Assembly (NCBI GenBank): GCA_964576015.1 | Contig: CAZNTO010000002.1 | Span: forward strand, 10,081 to 40,123 | DNA from: an uncultured Nitrososphaerota archaeon | GTDB lineage: Archaea > Thermoproteota > Methanomethylicia > Methanomethylicales > Methanomethylicaceae | DNA length: 30,043 bases | Reading direction: 5' to 3' | Shown: piece by piece, positions 8,489-17,198 of the stretch | Layout: each line of letters starts with the position of its first letter | How positions within the stretch are numbered: position 1 is the stretch's first letter | Made by a program: the position numbers and the translations under genes | The notes under the pieces: model-generated | What the model was told of the DNA's origin: nothing | The model's input: only the letters and a program-made list of their open reading frames with translations | Databases searched by the model: none

Positions 8489-9373
8489 TTGGAGGATGAT
8501 GACGTGATCGTCGTTCCCGGACCATCGTCACCTAAAGTCGGCGAGAGGGTCGCCCAGATTATCGGCGCCAAGAAAGTGGGGGTGGATTACAAGAACTTCC
8601 CAGATGGTGAGTCGTACATACGCTTGACGGGGAGCATGAGGGGCGAGGAGGTCGTGCTGGTACATACAACATACCCCCAGCCGGACAAGAGAGTGCTCGA
8701 GCTCCTCCTTTTGATCGATACGCTGAAGGACTTGGGGGCGGCTAAAGTGAAGGTCGTTGTCCCGTACATGGCCTATTCAAGGCAGGACACAAGGTTCAGG
8801 GACGGCGAGGCAGTGAGCATTAATACGATCTTAAGACTGATAGAGGCGGCTGGCGCGGACGAGTTTTACACGGTGGACATCCACAAGGAGTTCTCGCTTG
8901 GCGGGTTTAAGATCAAGGCAAAGAACCTTCACGCCACCGGGGTTATAGCGGATCACCTCAAGGGTATGGGGCTCAAGAAACCGTACATCATCTCCCCGGA
9001 CAAGGGTGCCCTAGACATCGCGAGGAGGATCGGCGAGAGGATCGGGGTCGAGTACGGGAACTTAGAGAAGGCGAGAGACAGGATCACGGGAGCGATCACG
9101 GTCAAGGGAGACAGGGTGGACGCGGAGGGGAGGGACGTGGTGATAATAGACGACCTCATCAGCACTGGTGGAACCATCGCAAACGCCTGCAAGATCTTGA
9201 AGGATGGAGGGGCGAGGAGGGTCATCGCCGTCTGTACGCACCCCCTACTGGTGGCAGGAGCCTACGAGAGGATGAAGGGCGCGGGGCTGGATGAGGTGCT
9301 GGGGACGGACACGGTGGAGAGTGAGATAAGCAAGATCTCCGTGGCGCCCCTTATTGCTAAGGAGTTTAGGTAA
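8489..9373 (+). CDS. prs: Ribose-phosphate diphosphokinase (PRPP synthetase)
   Basis: Motifs FPDGESYIR, PYMAYSRQD, SPDKGA and IIDDLISTGGT. Confidence 0.96.
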   Translation: MEDDDVIVVPGPSSPKVGERVAQIIGAKKVGVDYKNFPDGESYIRLTGSMRGEEVVLVHTTYPQPDKRVLELLLLIDTLKDLGAAKVKVVVPYMAYSRQDTRFRDGEAVSINTILRLIEAAGADEFYTVDIHKEFSLGGFKIKAKNLHATGVIADHLKGMGLKKPYIISPDKGALDIARRIGERIGVEYGNLEKARDRITGAITVKGDRVDAEGRDVVIIDDLISTGGTIANACKILKDGGARRVIAVCTHPLLVAGAYERMKGAGLDEVLGTDTVESEISKISVAPLIAKEFR

Positions 9374-9375
9374 TT

Positions 9376-10425
9376 TTGGTTAGGCAGTCAAACCCTGAGA
9401 AGCTCCTCCTGTTACTGTCGGGAGAGCACCCCACCATACCCTACTCAGAGGTATGTGCCGTGCTCCAGACCGAGGGCGTAGAGTTCCACCAAGTCTCGCG
9501 GCATGATCAGGTCCTGATCATAGACACAGAGGGCGGGGCTGGCGAGGTGGTCAAGGGACGGGCGGCATATGTCATGGAGGGCGGGAGGTTCATTCTTCGA
9601 TCCGAACCCTCAGAGCTCATCTTCGAGAGGTGCTGCGGTGGCGCGGACTGGAGCTTTCTGGAGGGGAGGAGCTTTGGCGTCAAGGTGACGAGGGTCAAGG
9701 AGTACTGGAGGGAGATAGGCACCCAGGAGCTGCAGGGGATCGTGGGGGAGATCGTGAAGGGGGAGACCGACTCGAGGGTCGACCTTGAGAAGCCAGAGGT
9801 CTGGATACGCGGTGTGGTGACGGATGGAGGGATCTTCATCTACACGCTGGACTTCCTGACAGACAGGAGGGCGTTCGCAGCCAGGAGGCCGAAAACGAGG
9901 CCATACTTCCACCCCGGCGTGCTAGATCCCAAACTCTCGAGGGCGTTCGTCAACCTTTCGAGGGTCAAGAGTGGCGAGGTGTTTCTCGATCCATTCTGCG
10001 GCACGGGAGGGTTCCTGATAGAGGGTGCGCTCGTGGGGTGCCGCGTATGCGGCATGGACTTGGACATGAGGATGGTGCCTGGGGCGCGGAGGAATCTGAG
10101 GCACTACGGGCTTGAGGCCGACCTAATACACGGGGACGCGAGGAACCTCCCGCTTAGGACGGCTGACGGAATAGCGACAGACCCTCCCTACGGCAGGGGA
10201 ACGTCCACTAGGGGGGAGAATGTGAGGACAATCTTATCAGGGTTCTTCAGGGAAGCCCACAGTGTTCTTAGGGAGGGGGGCTACCTCTGCACTGCTGCAC
10301 CTATAGAATTGAATCCCTCCGAACTGGTGGAGAGGGCTGGCTTTAAGGTTCACGAGGAGCATAGCATGAGGGTTCATAAGTCCCTGACGAGGTCTATAGT
10401 AGTAGCTGAGAGGCAATCGAGATGA
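9376..10425 (+). CDS. trm11: THUMP-domain tRNA (guanine-10-N2) methyltransferase, TIGR01177/Trm11 type
   Basis: N-terminal LSGEHPT, THUMP region (RVDLEKPE), RPYFHPGVLDPKLSRAFVNL, SAM motif DPFCGTGG and TDPPYG. Confidence 0.9.
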   Translation: MVRQSNPEKLLLLLSGEHPTIPYSEVCAVLQTEGVEFHQVSRHDQVLIIDTEGGAGEVVKGRAAYVMEGGRFILRSEPSELIFERCCGGADWSFLEGRSFGVKVTRVKEYWREIGTQELQGIVGEIVKGETDSRVDLEKPEVWIRGVVTDGGIFIYTLDFLTDRRAFAARRPKTRPYFHPGVLDPKLSRAFVNLSRVKSGEVFLDPFCGTGGFLIEGALVGCRVCGMDLDMRMVPGARRNLRHYGLEADLIHGDARNLPLRTADGIATDPPYGRGTSTRGENVRTILSGFFREAHSVLREGGYLCTAAPIELNPSELVERAGFKVHEEHSMRVHKSLTRSIVVAERQSR

Positions 10426-11327
10426 AGGTGACGGTGCTCGGGTCTGCGGCAGGTGTTCCCACGGCGGAGAGGGGGCTTCCCGCAATTCTGGTAGAGGTGG
10501 AAGGGGAGCTCGTGCTCTTCGACTGCGGAGAGGGGACGCAGAGGCAGATGATGAAGGCAGGGTACGGCCTCTGCAGGAGGATGAGGATATTCATCACGCA
10601 TCTTCACGGCGACCACATCTTCGGGTTGCCGGGGATGATTCAGACAATGAACCTACTCAACAGAATACATCCGCTGGAGGTCTACGGACCGCCGGGTCTG
10701 AAGGAGTTCATAGAGGAGACCACAGTGGCCACGATGTCCGAGCCTGTATTCGACCTCTCGGTCTATGAGGTGAGCGAGGGGGAGGTATTCAGGGGGAAGA
10801 GGTACAGGATAGAGGGCGCCTGGGGGGACCACTCCAGGGCCACTATGGCATACCGCATGGTCGTGGGAGATAGCCCCGGCAGGTTCAGGCCAGGAAGGGC
10901 GAGGGCGCTTAGAGTTCCCGAGGGACCATTGTGGAGTGAGTTGAAGTCTGGGAGGAAGATCACATTAAGGGACGGGCAGGTGGTCGAGCCGAAGGATGTC
11001 TTAGGCGAGCCTGTCCCTGGGAAGATTCTAGTCTACAGCGGGGACACGAGATTCTCTCCGAACATCGTGAGGCTTGCTACGGGAGCAGATATGCTGATAC
11101 ATGAAGGGACGCTAGCCTCAACCTTAAAGGACTGGGCCGAGATGGAGGGGCACTCCACAACGGAGGTTGCTGCCCGCGTCGCAAAAGAGGCGAGGGTGAA
11201 GAGGCTGATCCTGACTCACATCAGCGCAAGGTATCCAGATGCCCGCGTGCTGGAGGACGAGGCGAGGAGGATCTTTTCGAGAACGGAGGTTGCCCAGGAC
11301 CTGAAGGTCTACGAGTTGAAGAGTTGA
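10422..11327 (+). CDS. rnz: Ribonuclease Z (tRNA 3' endonuclease)
   Basis: Motifs LGSAAGVP, FDCGEGTQRQ, THLHGDH, flexible arm GPLW, YSGDT, HEGT and THISARY. Confidence 0.96.
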   Translation: MKVTVLGSAAGVPTAERGLPAILVEVEGELVLFDCGEGTQRQMMKAGYGLCRRMRIFITHLHGDHIFGLPGMIQTMNLLNRIHPLEVYGPPGLKEFIEETTVATMSEPVFDLSVYEVSEGEVFRGKRYRIEGAWGDHSRATMAYRMVVGDSPGRFRPGRARALRVPEGPLWSELKSGRKITLRDGQVVEPKDVLGEPVPGKILVYSGDTRFSPNIVRLATGADMLIHEGTLASTLKDWAEMEGHSTTEVAARVAKEARVKRLILTHISARYPDARVLEDEARRIFSRTEVAQDLKVYELKS

Positions 11328-12079
11328 CGGGTCTTTATCAGCGACGACCTTGCATCTGCCAGGGTGTTGGCCTCGACAACCGCTGTGATCTTATCGAGGT
11401 TAAGGTTGGACCTCAGTAGTCCCCAGTCAATCGTACCAGCTCCAACAACCATGTGGTCATCGTTAGAGCCCCTATTGTCGTGAAGGTGGATGTGGATTAT
11501 CCTGTCCTTCATGAACTCCAAGAAAGGCTGCAACTGCGATACCGTGTTCGCGTGCCCCACGTCAAGGGTCATGTAGAGTGGTAGCCCCTCATTTGCCAGT
11601 ACCTGGAACTCCTCCACGGTCTGTAGAAAACACGGGGTGTTCACTGGCATGTTCTCCACTGTTACCGTTACGCCGAGATCCTCTCCATAGGCGATTATCT
11701 TCCGCAGGGACTCCCTGTTCAGGTCCCAGTTTATCTTTGGGATAAGATGCTCCAGCGGACTATGTGTGCCAGGGTGAACCACCACGAGCTCCGCCTCTAT
11801 CTCAGAGGCGTGCTGGATGGACTCCATTATCATGCGGGTCGAGAGTGCCCTGAAACGCGCGTTCGAGGCAGCAATATCCACGCCAAGGATCGGGGTGTGG
11901 ACAGTGTACAATATGTCGTTTGATCTTTTTATCTCCCTGAGCCTCTTCACCCTGCCCTTGTTGATTCTGTCCTTCCAGTCCTCGAGGATCTCCAGCACCT
12001 CAATTTTGAGGTCTAAGAGTTGATCTAAGGTCGAGTACGTCTTTCCGAACGTGCATAACGTGGAAATCCCGATTGGCAT
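11309..12079 (-). CDS. Sugar phosphate isomerase/epimerase family TIM-barrel protein (AP endonuclease 2 fold)
   Basis: Motifs VHTP, VVHPG, VENMP, LDVGHA and HIHLHDNRGSNDDH. Overlaps rnz convergently by 19 nt. Confidence 0.85.
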   Translation of the reverse strand: MPIGISTLCTFGKTYSTLDQLLDLKIEVLEILEDWKDRINKGRVKRLREIKRSNDILYTVHTPILGVDIAASNARFRALSTRMIMESIQHASEIEAELVVVHPGTHSPLEHLIPKINWDLNRESLRKIIAYGEDLGVTVTVENMPVNTPCFLQTVEEFQVLANEGLPLYMTLDVGHANTVSQLQPFLEFMKDRIIHIHLHDNRGSNDDHMVVGAGTIDWGLLRSNLNLDKITAVVEANTLADARSSLIKTRQLFNS

Positions 12080-12495
12080 AGCTCATCGACGGGTACGCCG
12101 TCTACTGTCCTTGTTGCGAGCCATTCTATTAATGACTTTGGATCATCTGCGGATACATGGAAGGTGATGGGACCCAGCGGGGACTCGCCCACCGGCATGC
12201 AGAAGGCGACGTGCCCTGCGAGGGCGACCTGCTTGTTTATGTAGAAGGTTATGGTGGAGCCCTCCACGCCCCTTAGCATGAGCTTCCTGGCTGCGTCCAA
12301 TGTCCTCTCCCTCCTCAACAGGGAGCGGAGCTTCGTGAGCAGGGACTCGTTGCCCTCCTGCACCAAATAGGTGTGCCTGCCCTGCGGCCACCTCTTGAAG
12401 GTGGTGGAGCCGGTGAGGTTGGATACAGCCGCCATTACCTTGGACTCATCCTCGGTGGGGTTCAGCTCTACCTCAACCAAGACCTTTGTCTCCAC
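12025..12495 (-). CDS. DUF54/UPF0201 family putative RNA-binding protein
   Basis: VELNPTEDESKVMAAVSNL, LRRERTLDAAR, FYINKQVALAGHVAF and ESPLGPI. Confidence 0.85.
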   Translation of the reverse strand: METKVLVEVELNPTEDESKVMAAVSNLTGSTTFKRWPQGRHTYLVQEGNESLLTKLRSLLRRERTLDAARKLMLRGVEGSTITFYINKQVALAGHVAFCMPVGESPLGPITFHVSADDPKSLIEWLATRTVDGVPVDELCQSGFPRYARSERRTRP

Positions 12496-13030
12496 GCCTT
12501 ATCCCCTCGAAGAACTTCTTGACGGATCTCTGCAGGTCCTCCACCGTCCCCTCATTTACAAAGACCTTGTTGGCGAGAGCTATCACGGAGCCGAGCCCTA
12601 CTTTCAGCTCCCTGAGATCCCGCTCCCTGAAGGTCTCGATATCCTTGGGATCATCAGGCCTCCCGCGCTTGAGGAGGCGTTCGAACCTCGTTTCGGGTGA
12701 GGCGTGAACCGCTATGAGGCAGATCTCGCTGTTCTTCTTGAAGTACATTAGTTCGTCCATGCTCCTTACGCCCTCTATGAGGGAGAGCCGCTCATTCCTA
12801 ATCCTCGCGAGGCACCTCTTAGCCACAACGTCGTTACCCTCCTCCCGTCTGAGCTTGAGCATGAGCTCTCCGAGGTTGGCCGGGGTCTTGGCGATCCCCT
12901 TGGCCTCAGCCTCCTCCCTTATAACATCGCCCATAGTGACTACTTTGAAGCCCGAGGACCTTGCAGTTTCGGAAATTATGGACTTCCCCGACCCCGGCAT
13001 GCCAGTTATGCAGAACAGCATGACCTTCAC
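12473..13030 (-). CDS. P-loop nucleotide kinase, dephospho-CoA-kinase-like (UPF0200 type)
   Basis: Motifs TGMPGSGKS, MGDVIREE, EGVRSMDE, HASPETRFERLLKRGRPDD and RDLRELKVG. Start GTG 13030 or ATG 13021. Confidence 0.85.
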   Translation of the reverse strand: MKVMLFCITGMPGSGKSIISETARSSGFKVVTMGDVIREEAEAKGIAKTPANLGELMLKLRREEGNDVVAKRCLARIRNERLSLIEGVRSMDELMYFKKNSEICLIAVHASPETRFERLLKRGRPDDPKDIETFRERDLRELKVGLGSVIALANKVFVNEGTVEDLQRSVKKFFEGIRRGDKGLG

Positions 13031-13087
13031 TATCCAAGAAATTAATTAGTACTATGCATATAACGATTTATCTGCTGGTGCTGTTTC

Positions 13088-13648
13088 ATGGAGGTCGTCA
13101 GGGCTTTTCTCGCGCTGGAGGTGGCCGAGGACGTGAAGGAGAGAATAATGGAACTGGAGGGGAAGATTAAGGCGAGCGGGGCGGATGTGAAGCTGGTGGA
13201 GCGGGAGAACCTCCACGTTACGATGAAGTTCCTGGGCGATGTAACTGCGGATGCGGTGGAAAGGGTTTACGAGGCTATGAAGACGATTAAGGAGGTCAAG
13301 TTCCAGCTGGAGGTCAAGGGCACGGGCGTCTTTCCCAATCCCCGCATGGTCCGTGTACTCTGGGTAGGGGCAGGAACTGGGGGAGAGAAGGTTGTCTCGA
13401 TATTCAGGCAGCTGGACTCTGAGCTGGTAATGAAGGGATTCCCGAGGGAGAGGGACTTTACCCCACACATCACTATAGGCAGGGTCAGGTCGCAGAGGAA
13501 CAAGGAAGATCTGCTGAGGGCTATCGATGAATATAGAGGCAGGATGTTCGGTACCACCGCTATCGATAAGATAGTTCTGAAGAAGAGTGTCCTGATGTCG
13601 AGCGGTCCGGTTTACTCGAACTTAAGGGAGGTAGAGCTTGGAGGATGA
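13088..13648 (+). CDS. thpR: RNA 2',3'-cyclic phosphodiesterase (2H family, 2'-5' RNA ligase-like)
   Basis: RAFLAL, the two 2H motifs HVTMKF and HITIGR, and KKSVL..GPVY. Confidence 0.93.
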   Translation: MEVVRAFLALEVAEDVKERIMELEGKIKASGADVKLVERENLHVTMKFLGDVTADAVERVYEAMKTIKEVKFQLEVKGTGVFPNPRMVRVLWVGAGTGGEKVVSIFRQLDSELVMKGFPRERDFTPHITIGRVRSQRNKEDLLRAIDEYRGRMFGTTAIDKIVLKKSVLMSSGPVYSNLREVELGG

Positions 13649-15042
13649 GCGCGGAGATTGAGAGGATAAGGGCAGAGGTGGCAGAGAGGGTCTCTCCGAA
13701 GGCCAAAGACCGCGCGGAGATAGAGAGGGTGCTACGGAAGGTATCTTCGAGGATAAAGAGGGAGGCGAAGAACCGGAAACTCCAAGTGAGGGTAGAGGTC
13801 GAGGGGTCGGTAGCAAAGGACACTTGGGTGGCCGCCGACAGGGAAGCCGATGTGTTCATAATATTCCCTCAAAGGACTAGCGGGGAGGTCGTGAGGGAGA
13901 CAGGGCTCAAACTCGCGAAGGCAGGCGCCGGCGAGTTGTGGAGGCTCGGCTACGCTGAGCACCCCTATGTTGAGGTCGAGATAGATGGTTGTAGGCTTGA
14001 CATAGTGCCGAGCGTTGAGATCCGCGACGGCGACAAGCCAATCACATCTGTGGACAGGACGCCGCTGCACACACGCTTCCTGCTTGACAAGTTGACCCCG
14101 AAGATGAAGAAGGACGTGAGGGTACTGAAGCAGTTCATGAAGGGCGTAGAAGTTTACGGGGCCGAGCTGAAGGTCGGCGGCTTCTCTGGGTACCTATGCG
14201 AGCTGCTTGTCCTCAACTATGGTAGCTTCGAGGGGGTGGTAAGGGCGGCAGCCGGGTGGAGGGATAAGACAGTCATTGACTATATGCACCACTACAAAGA
14301 GAGGGAGGCTGGAAAGGTCTTCGCCGCCCCCCTCGTCATAGTGGACCCAGTGGACAGGAGGAGAAACGCAGCCGCAGCGGTCACCCACCAGTCCTACTCC
14401 ACATTCATTGCCGCCTCGAGGTGGTTCCTCAGGCACCCTAGACTGGACTTCTTCTTCCCGAAGCCAGAGTCCACAACCTTCTCAGAGGTATCGAAGGCGA
14501 TAAAGGAAAGAGGAACTGCGGTCGCCGCTATCGCTGTAGGATGTCCCAACTTGCCCTCGGACATTCTTTGGGGGGAGATCCACAAGAGTCTGATCAGGAC
14601 TGTGGATATGCTGGATGAGCACAGCTTTAGGGTCAACGACTACATGGCATGGAGTGATGAGAAGGAGTCCGTGGTGTTCCTCATAGAGGTGGAGGGGAGG
14701 AGGGTCAGGGAGGGGCGGATCCACATGGGACCAAAGGTCTCATTTGTGGACGAGGCGGAAAGGTTCGTTAACAAATATCTGGACGGCAAGAATGTCCTCG
14801 CCGGACCTTACGTGAGAGAGGACCGCTGGTATGTGGAGCTGAAGAGGGATCACACCGACCTGAAGGCGCTGATCAAAGTGGGGTTTCCCTTGCTCAGGCT
14901 CAGCAAGGACATTATGGTGGAGGCAAAGAGGGGCTTCAAGGTCTTTGTTAACGATGAGCTAGCTACTCTATGCAGACGGAGGGAGGATCTCAAGATCACA
15001 CTGCTCAAGTTCGTCAGGAAGAGACCAGTATGGCTGAGGTAA
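13645..15042 (+). CDS. cca: Archaeal class I CCA-adding enzyme
   Basis: Motifs EGSVAKDTW, EADVF, YAEHPY, VDRTPLH, VYGAELKVGGFSGYLCELL and VDPVDRRRNAAAA. Confidence 0.96.
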   Translation: MSAEIERIRAEVAERVSPKAKDRAEIERVLRKVSSRIKREAKNRKLQVRVEVEGSVAKDTWVAADREADVFIIFPQRTSGEVVRETGLKLAKAGAGELWRLGYAEHPYVEVEIDGCRLDIVPSVEIRDGDKPITSVDRTPLHTRFLLDKLTPKMKKDVRVLKQFMKGVEVYGAELKVGGFSGYLCELLVLNYGSFEGVVRAAAGWRDKTVIDYMHHYKEREAGKVFAAPLVIVDPVDRRRNAAAAVTHQSYSTFIAASRWFLRHPRLDFFFPKPESTTFSEVSKAIKERGTAVAAIAVGCPNLPSDILWGEIHKSLIRTVDMLDEHSFRVNDYMAWSDEKESVVFLIEVEGRRVREGRIHMGPKVSFVDEAERFVNKYLDGKNVLAGPYVREDRWYVELKRDHTDLKALIKVGFPLLRLSKDIMVEAKRGFKVFVNDELATLCRRREDLKITLLKFVRKRPVWLR

Positions 15043-15773
15043 TCCCACTTGAGGACGAACGGCTGAAAAAACTCTTTTCATACCCCCGTTACTCCGAGGA
15101 ACACTACCAGAGAGTCGTGGAGGAGCTCATGGCTTTAGGGGTTAAGAGCATAGTATCTATAGGGAGGCTAGAGATGGACGACCTTCGGGTGGTGGGGAAG
15201 GGGTGCGTAGGGATAGTGGTAGCAGGCATACTTGGGCAGGAGAGGGTCGCCCTAAAAGTTCTGCGGGCAGATGCAAATAGGGCTTCTTTGATGGAAGAGG
15301 CGAGGCTCATGTCGGTGGCTAATGTGTGCAAGGTTGGGCCTAAGATCATTACCTCCAATGATAGCGTCATCGCAATGGAGTACGTAGACGGCAAATATCT
15401 CTCCAGATGGCTGGAGGATCCCCTTGTAACTGAGAAGGTGAGATACGTTGTCCGGGAACTGCTCATCCAGTGCTACAAACTGGACGAGGCTGGGCTCGAC
15501 CACGGGGAGCTCTCAGATGCGAAGAAGCATATCTTGATAGACGGGCGGGGGAGACCCTACATACTCGATTTCGAGACAGCGAGCATGAAAAGGAGGTGCA
15601 GGAACCTCGTCTCGATGCTTAGCTACCTATTCTTCAAGGAGTCAATCGCCGCCATCATTGGCAGGTACTTGTACTGGGATGGGGGCAGCCTCAGGGGCTT
15701 GATAAAGGTGTACAAAAATACACCCTCCAAGATTGCATATCAGGAGATCATGAAAGGGGTAGGACTAGACTGA
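15030..15773 (+). CDS. Archaeal Ser/Thr protein kinase (RIO/Bud32-like, COG2112 type)
   Basis: Motifs GKGCVGIV, VALKV, EARLM, MEYVDG, HGELS and LDFETA. ATG at 15030 preferred over 14970 because it overlaps the cca stop region. Confidence 0.85.
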   Translation: MAEVIPLEDERLKKLFSYPRYSEEHYQRVVEELMALGVKSIVSIGRLEMDDLRVVGKGCVGIVVAGILGQERVALKVLRADANRASLMEEARLMSVANVCKVGPKIITSNDSVIAMEYVDGKYLSRWLEDPLVTEKVRYVVRELLIQCYKLDEAGLDHGELSDAKKHILIDGRGRPYILDFETASMKRRCRNLVSMLSYLFFKESIAAIIGRYLYWDGGSLRGLIKVYKNTPSKIAYQEIMKGVGLD

Positions 15774-15881
15774 ATGGCAAGACCTTCAGGAAAGGGAAGT
15801 TGTTATATGCCAGAGATAGTGAAAACATTGATGCTGAAGGTACAAGTATCGGACCTGAAAATGGGTCTTAGTCCGATATAG

Positions 15882-15960
15882 GGGGCCGTAGTCTAGCTTG
15901 GTCTTGGATGCATGCCTGGGGCGCATGTGATCTCGGGTTCAAATCCCGACGGCCCCACCA
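15882..15960 (+). tRNA. tRNA-Pro(GGG), intronless, CCA encoded
   Basis: Acceptor GGGGCCG/CGGCCCC, anticodon arm CATGC-CTGGGGC-GCATG, T arm TCGGG-TTCAAAT-CCCGA, 3' ACCA. Confidence 0.96.
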
Positions 15961-16170
15961 TAAAACCTTCTTTGGTTGCATAAAATGAGATGAACTGCCT
16001 ACTTAATGGCTGAATCGCTACATTGATGTATCCAAATCATAATTTTTAGTCAATGTCCGAGCCTTATCGATACTTTTTGATATTTTTGTTTGAAAAAATC
16101 TATAAGTATGGTGCCCCAATGTATTATCGAGGCCTCCCTTAGGTTGCAAGGCAACCCTCCACCCCATGCC

Positions 16171-16596
16171 ATGGAAGAGTTTGAACTGTACCCCAAAGTA
16201 TGTAGGCTCCTCTCCGATAGGGGCTATTCTACATACCAGAGTTTCCCGCAGGGTAGGTACAGCCCGTTCGAGGTAGACGTCCTAGGATTTAAGGCGGATT
16301 CGGAGGAGCTCTTCATGGTCGAGGTGAAGCTCTGTCACATCAATAAAGCCCTCCGCCAAGGCATGAGTCGACTGCCCTACTCCGACTATGTCTCTCTGGC
16401 ATTCCCCCAAGCCTATGCCGATTATGTATACAACAAATTCAAGCTATCGCTAAAGAGTAAAGGGTTCGGGCTCATCGCAATAGACGGTACAGCCAAGGAG
16501 ATAATTCCACCCAAAAGGTCGACCTCCCTTAAGGCTGTATTCAAGAGGATCCTCCTCAGGGATGTTTACAAGAGGTTTTTCATGCAACTAGTGTAA
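16171..16596 (+). CDS. Putative PD-(D/E)xK-fold nuclease-like protein
   Basis: MEEFELYPKVCRLLSDRGY, then EVDVLG...VEVKL...ALRQ...DYVSLA, resembling restriction-endonuclease-like folds. The ORF extends upstream to TTG 16090, so the start is uncertain. Confidence 0.6.
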   Translation: MEEFELYPKVCRLLSDRGYSTYQSFPQGRYSPFEVDVLGFKADSEELFMVEVKLCHINKALRQGMSRLPYSDYVSLAFPQAYADYVYNKFKLSLKSKGFGLIAIDGTAKEIIPPKRSTSLKAVFKRILLRDVYKRFFMQLV

Positions 16597-16629
16597 TAAA
16601 AAACTGTTAGATGAGAAAGTAGTGTTCGT

Positions 16630-16858
16630 AAAATAGAAACCGCAATCGAGTTCGGCTTTGAGGGGGAGACAGGAGTTTGATACCCGCCATGGTGGGCATC
16701 TCTTCCGGTTTTCCTATGCACCAACTTACCTTTGGCCGTTGCGCCGGATTTTGTCCAGACGCCCTGGACCGTCCTATCAATGCATCCTGTTCGTTGCACC
16801 GCAACAGCGCCGTTTCCCCCTCCAACCCGAAGGCTATTGAGGGCGCGGTTTCTGTTTT
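16630..16858 (+). ncRNA. Unassigned structured element (candidate ncRNA or MITE-like element)
   Basis: Nested long-range pairing 16630-16643/16845-16858 (14 bp) and 16651-16670/16812-16831, with several internal hairpins. The G-U wobbles favour the + strand. Confidence 0.45.
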
Positions 16859-17198
16859 GGTACCGTTACAGGCTCGTTCCGATCTCGACTGCGGCATAGT
16901 ACACTGCGCACTAAAACCATTTAATCGTTATTGCACAGTTCATATCAAAAAGTGATGTTGTCGTTAGTGATGGAAGTTGATACAGATGAGGTAAATGTAA
17001 TTTTTGGCTATGTCAAATAACACATAATAGAAAGCATTGATTTCATTGCTTGAATCATTTTTTTATGATCGACAAGAACTGAAAAAAAATGTTGGACATA
17101 TCAAATAAATTTTATAAATCCTCTAATTTTGCAGAGTCTTGTAAGCATTGAGATGCACTAAAGGAGGTGAAGGAAAATTGCAGTTCTGACCAGAGCCC

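Noticed and set aside
16630-16910. Assigning the structured element to RNase P RNA, SRP RNA, a group I/II intron or a cobalamin riboswitch
   Set aside because: Only short partial resemblances were seen (ACAGAAA, GAAACGGC, UGUAA, GUGCG on the minus strand). I found no GAGGAAAGUCC, SRP helix-8 motif, domain V or P7 elements in the right order.
16607-16955. Short ORFs overlapping the structured element
   Set aside because: They have no motifs and conflict with one another on both strands. The base-pairing explains the region better.
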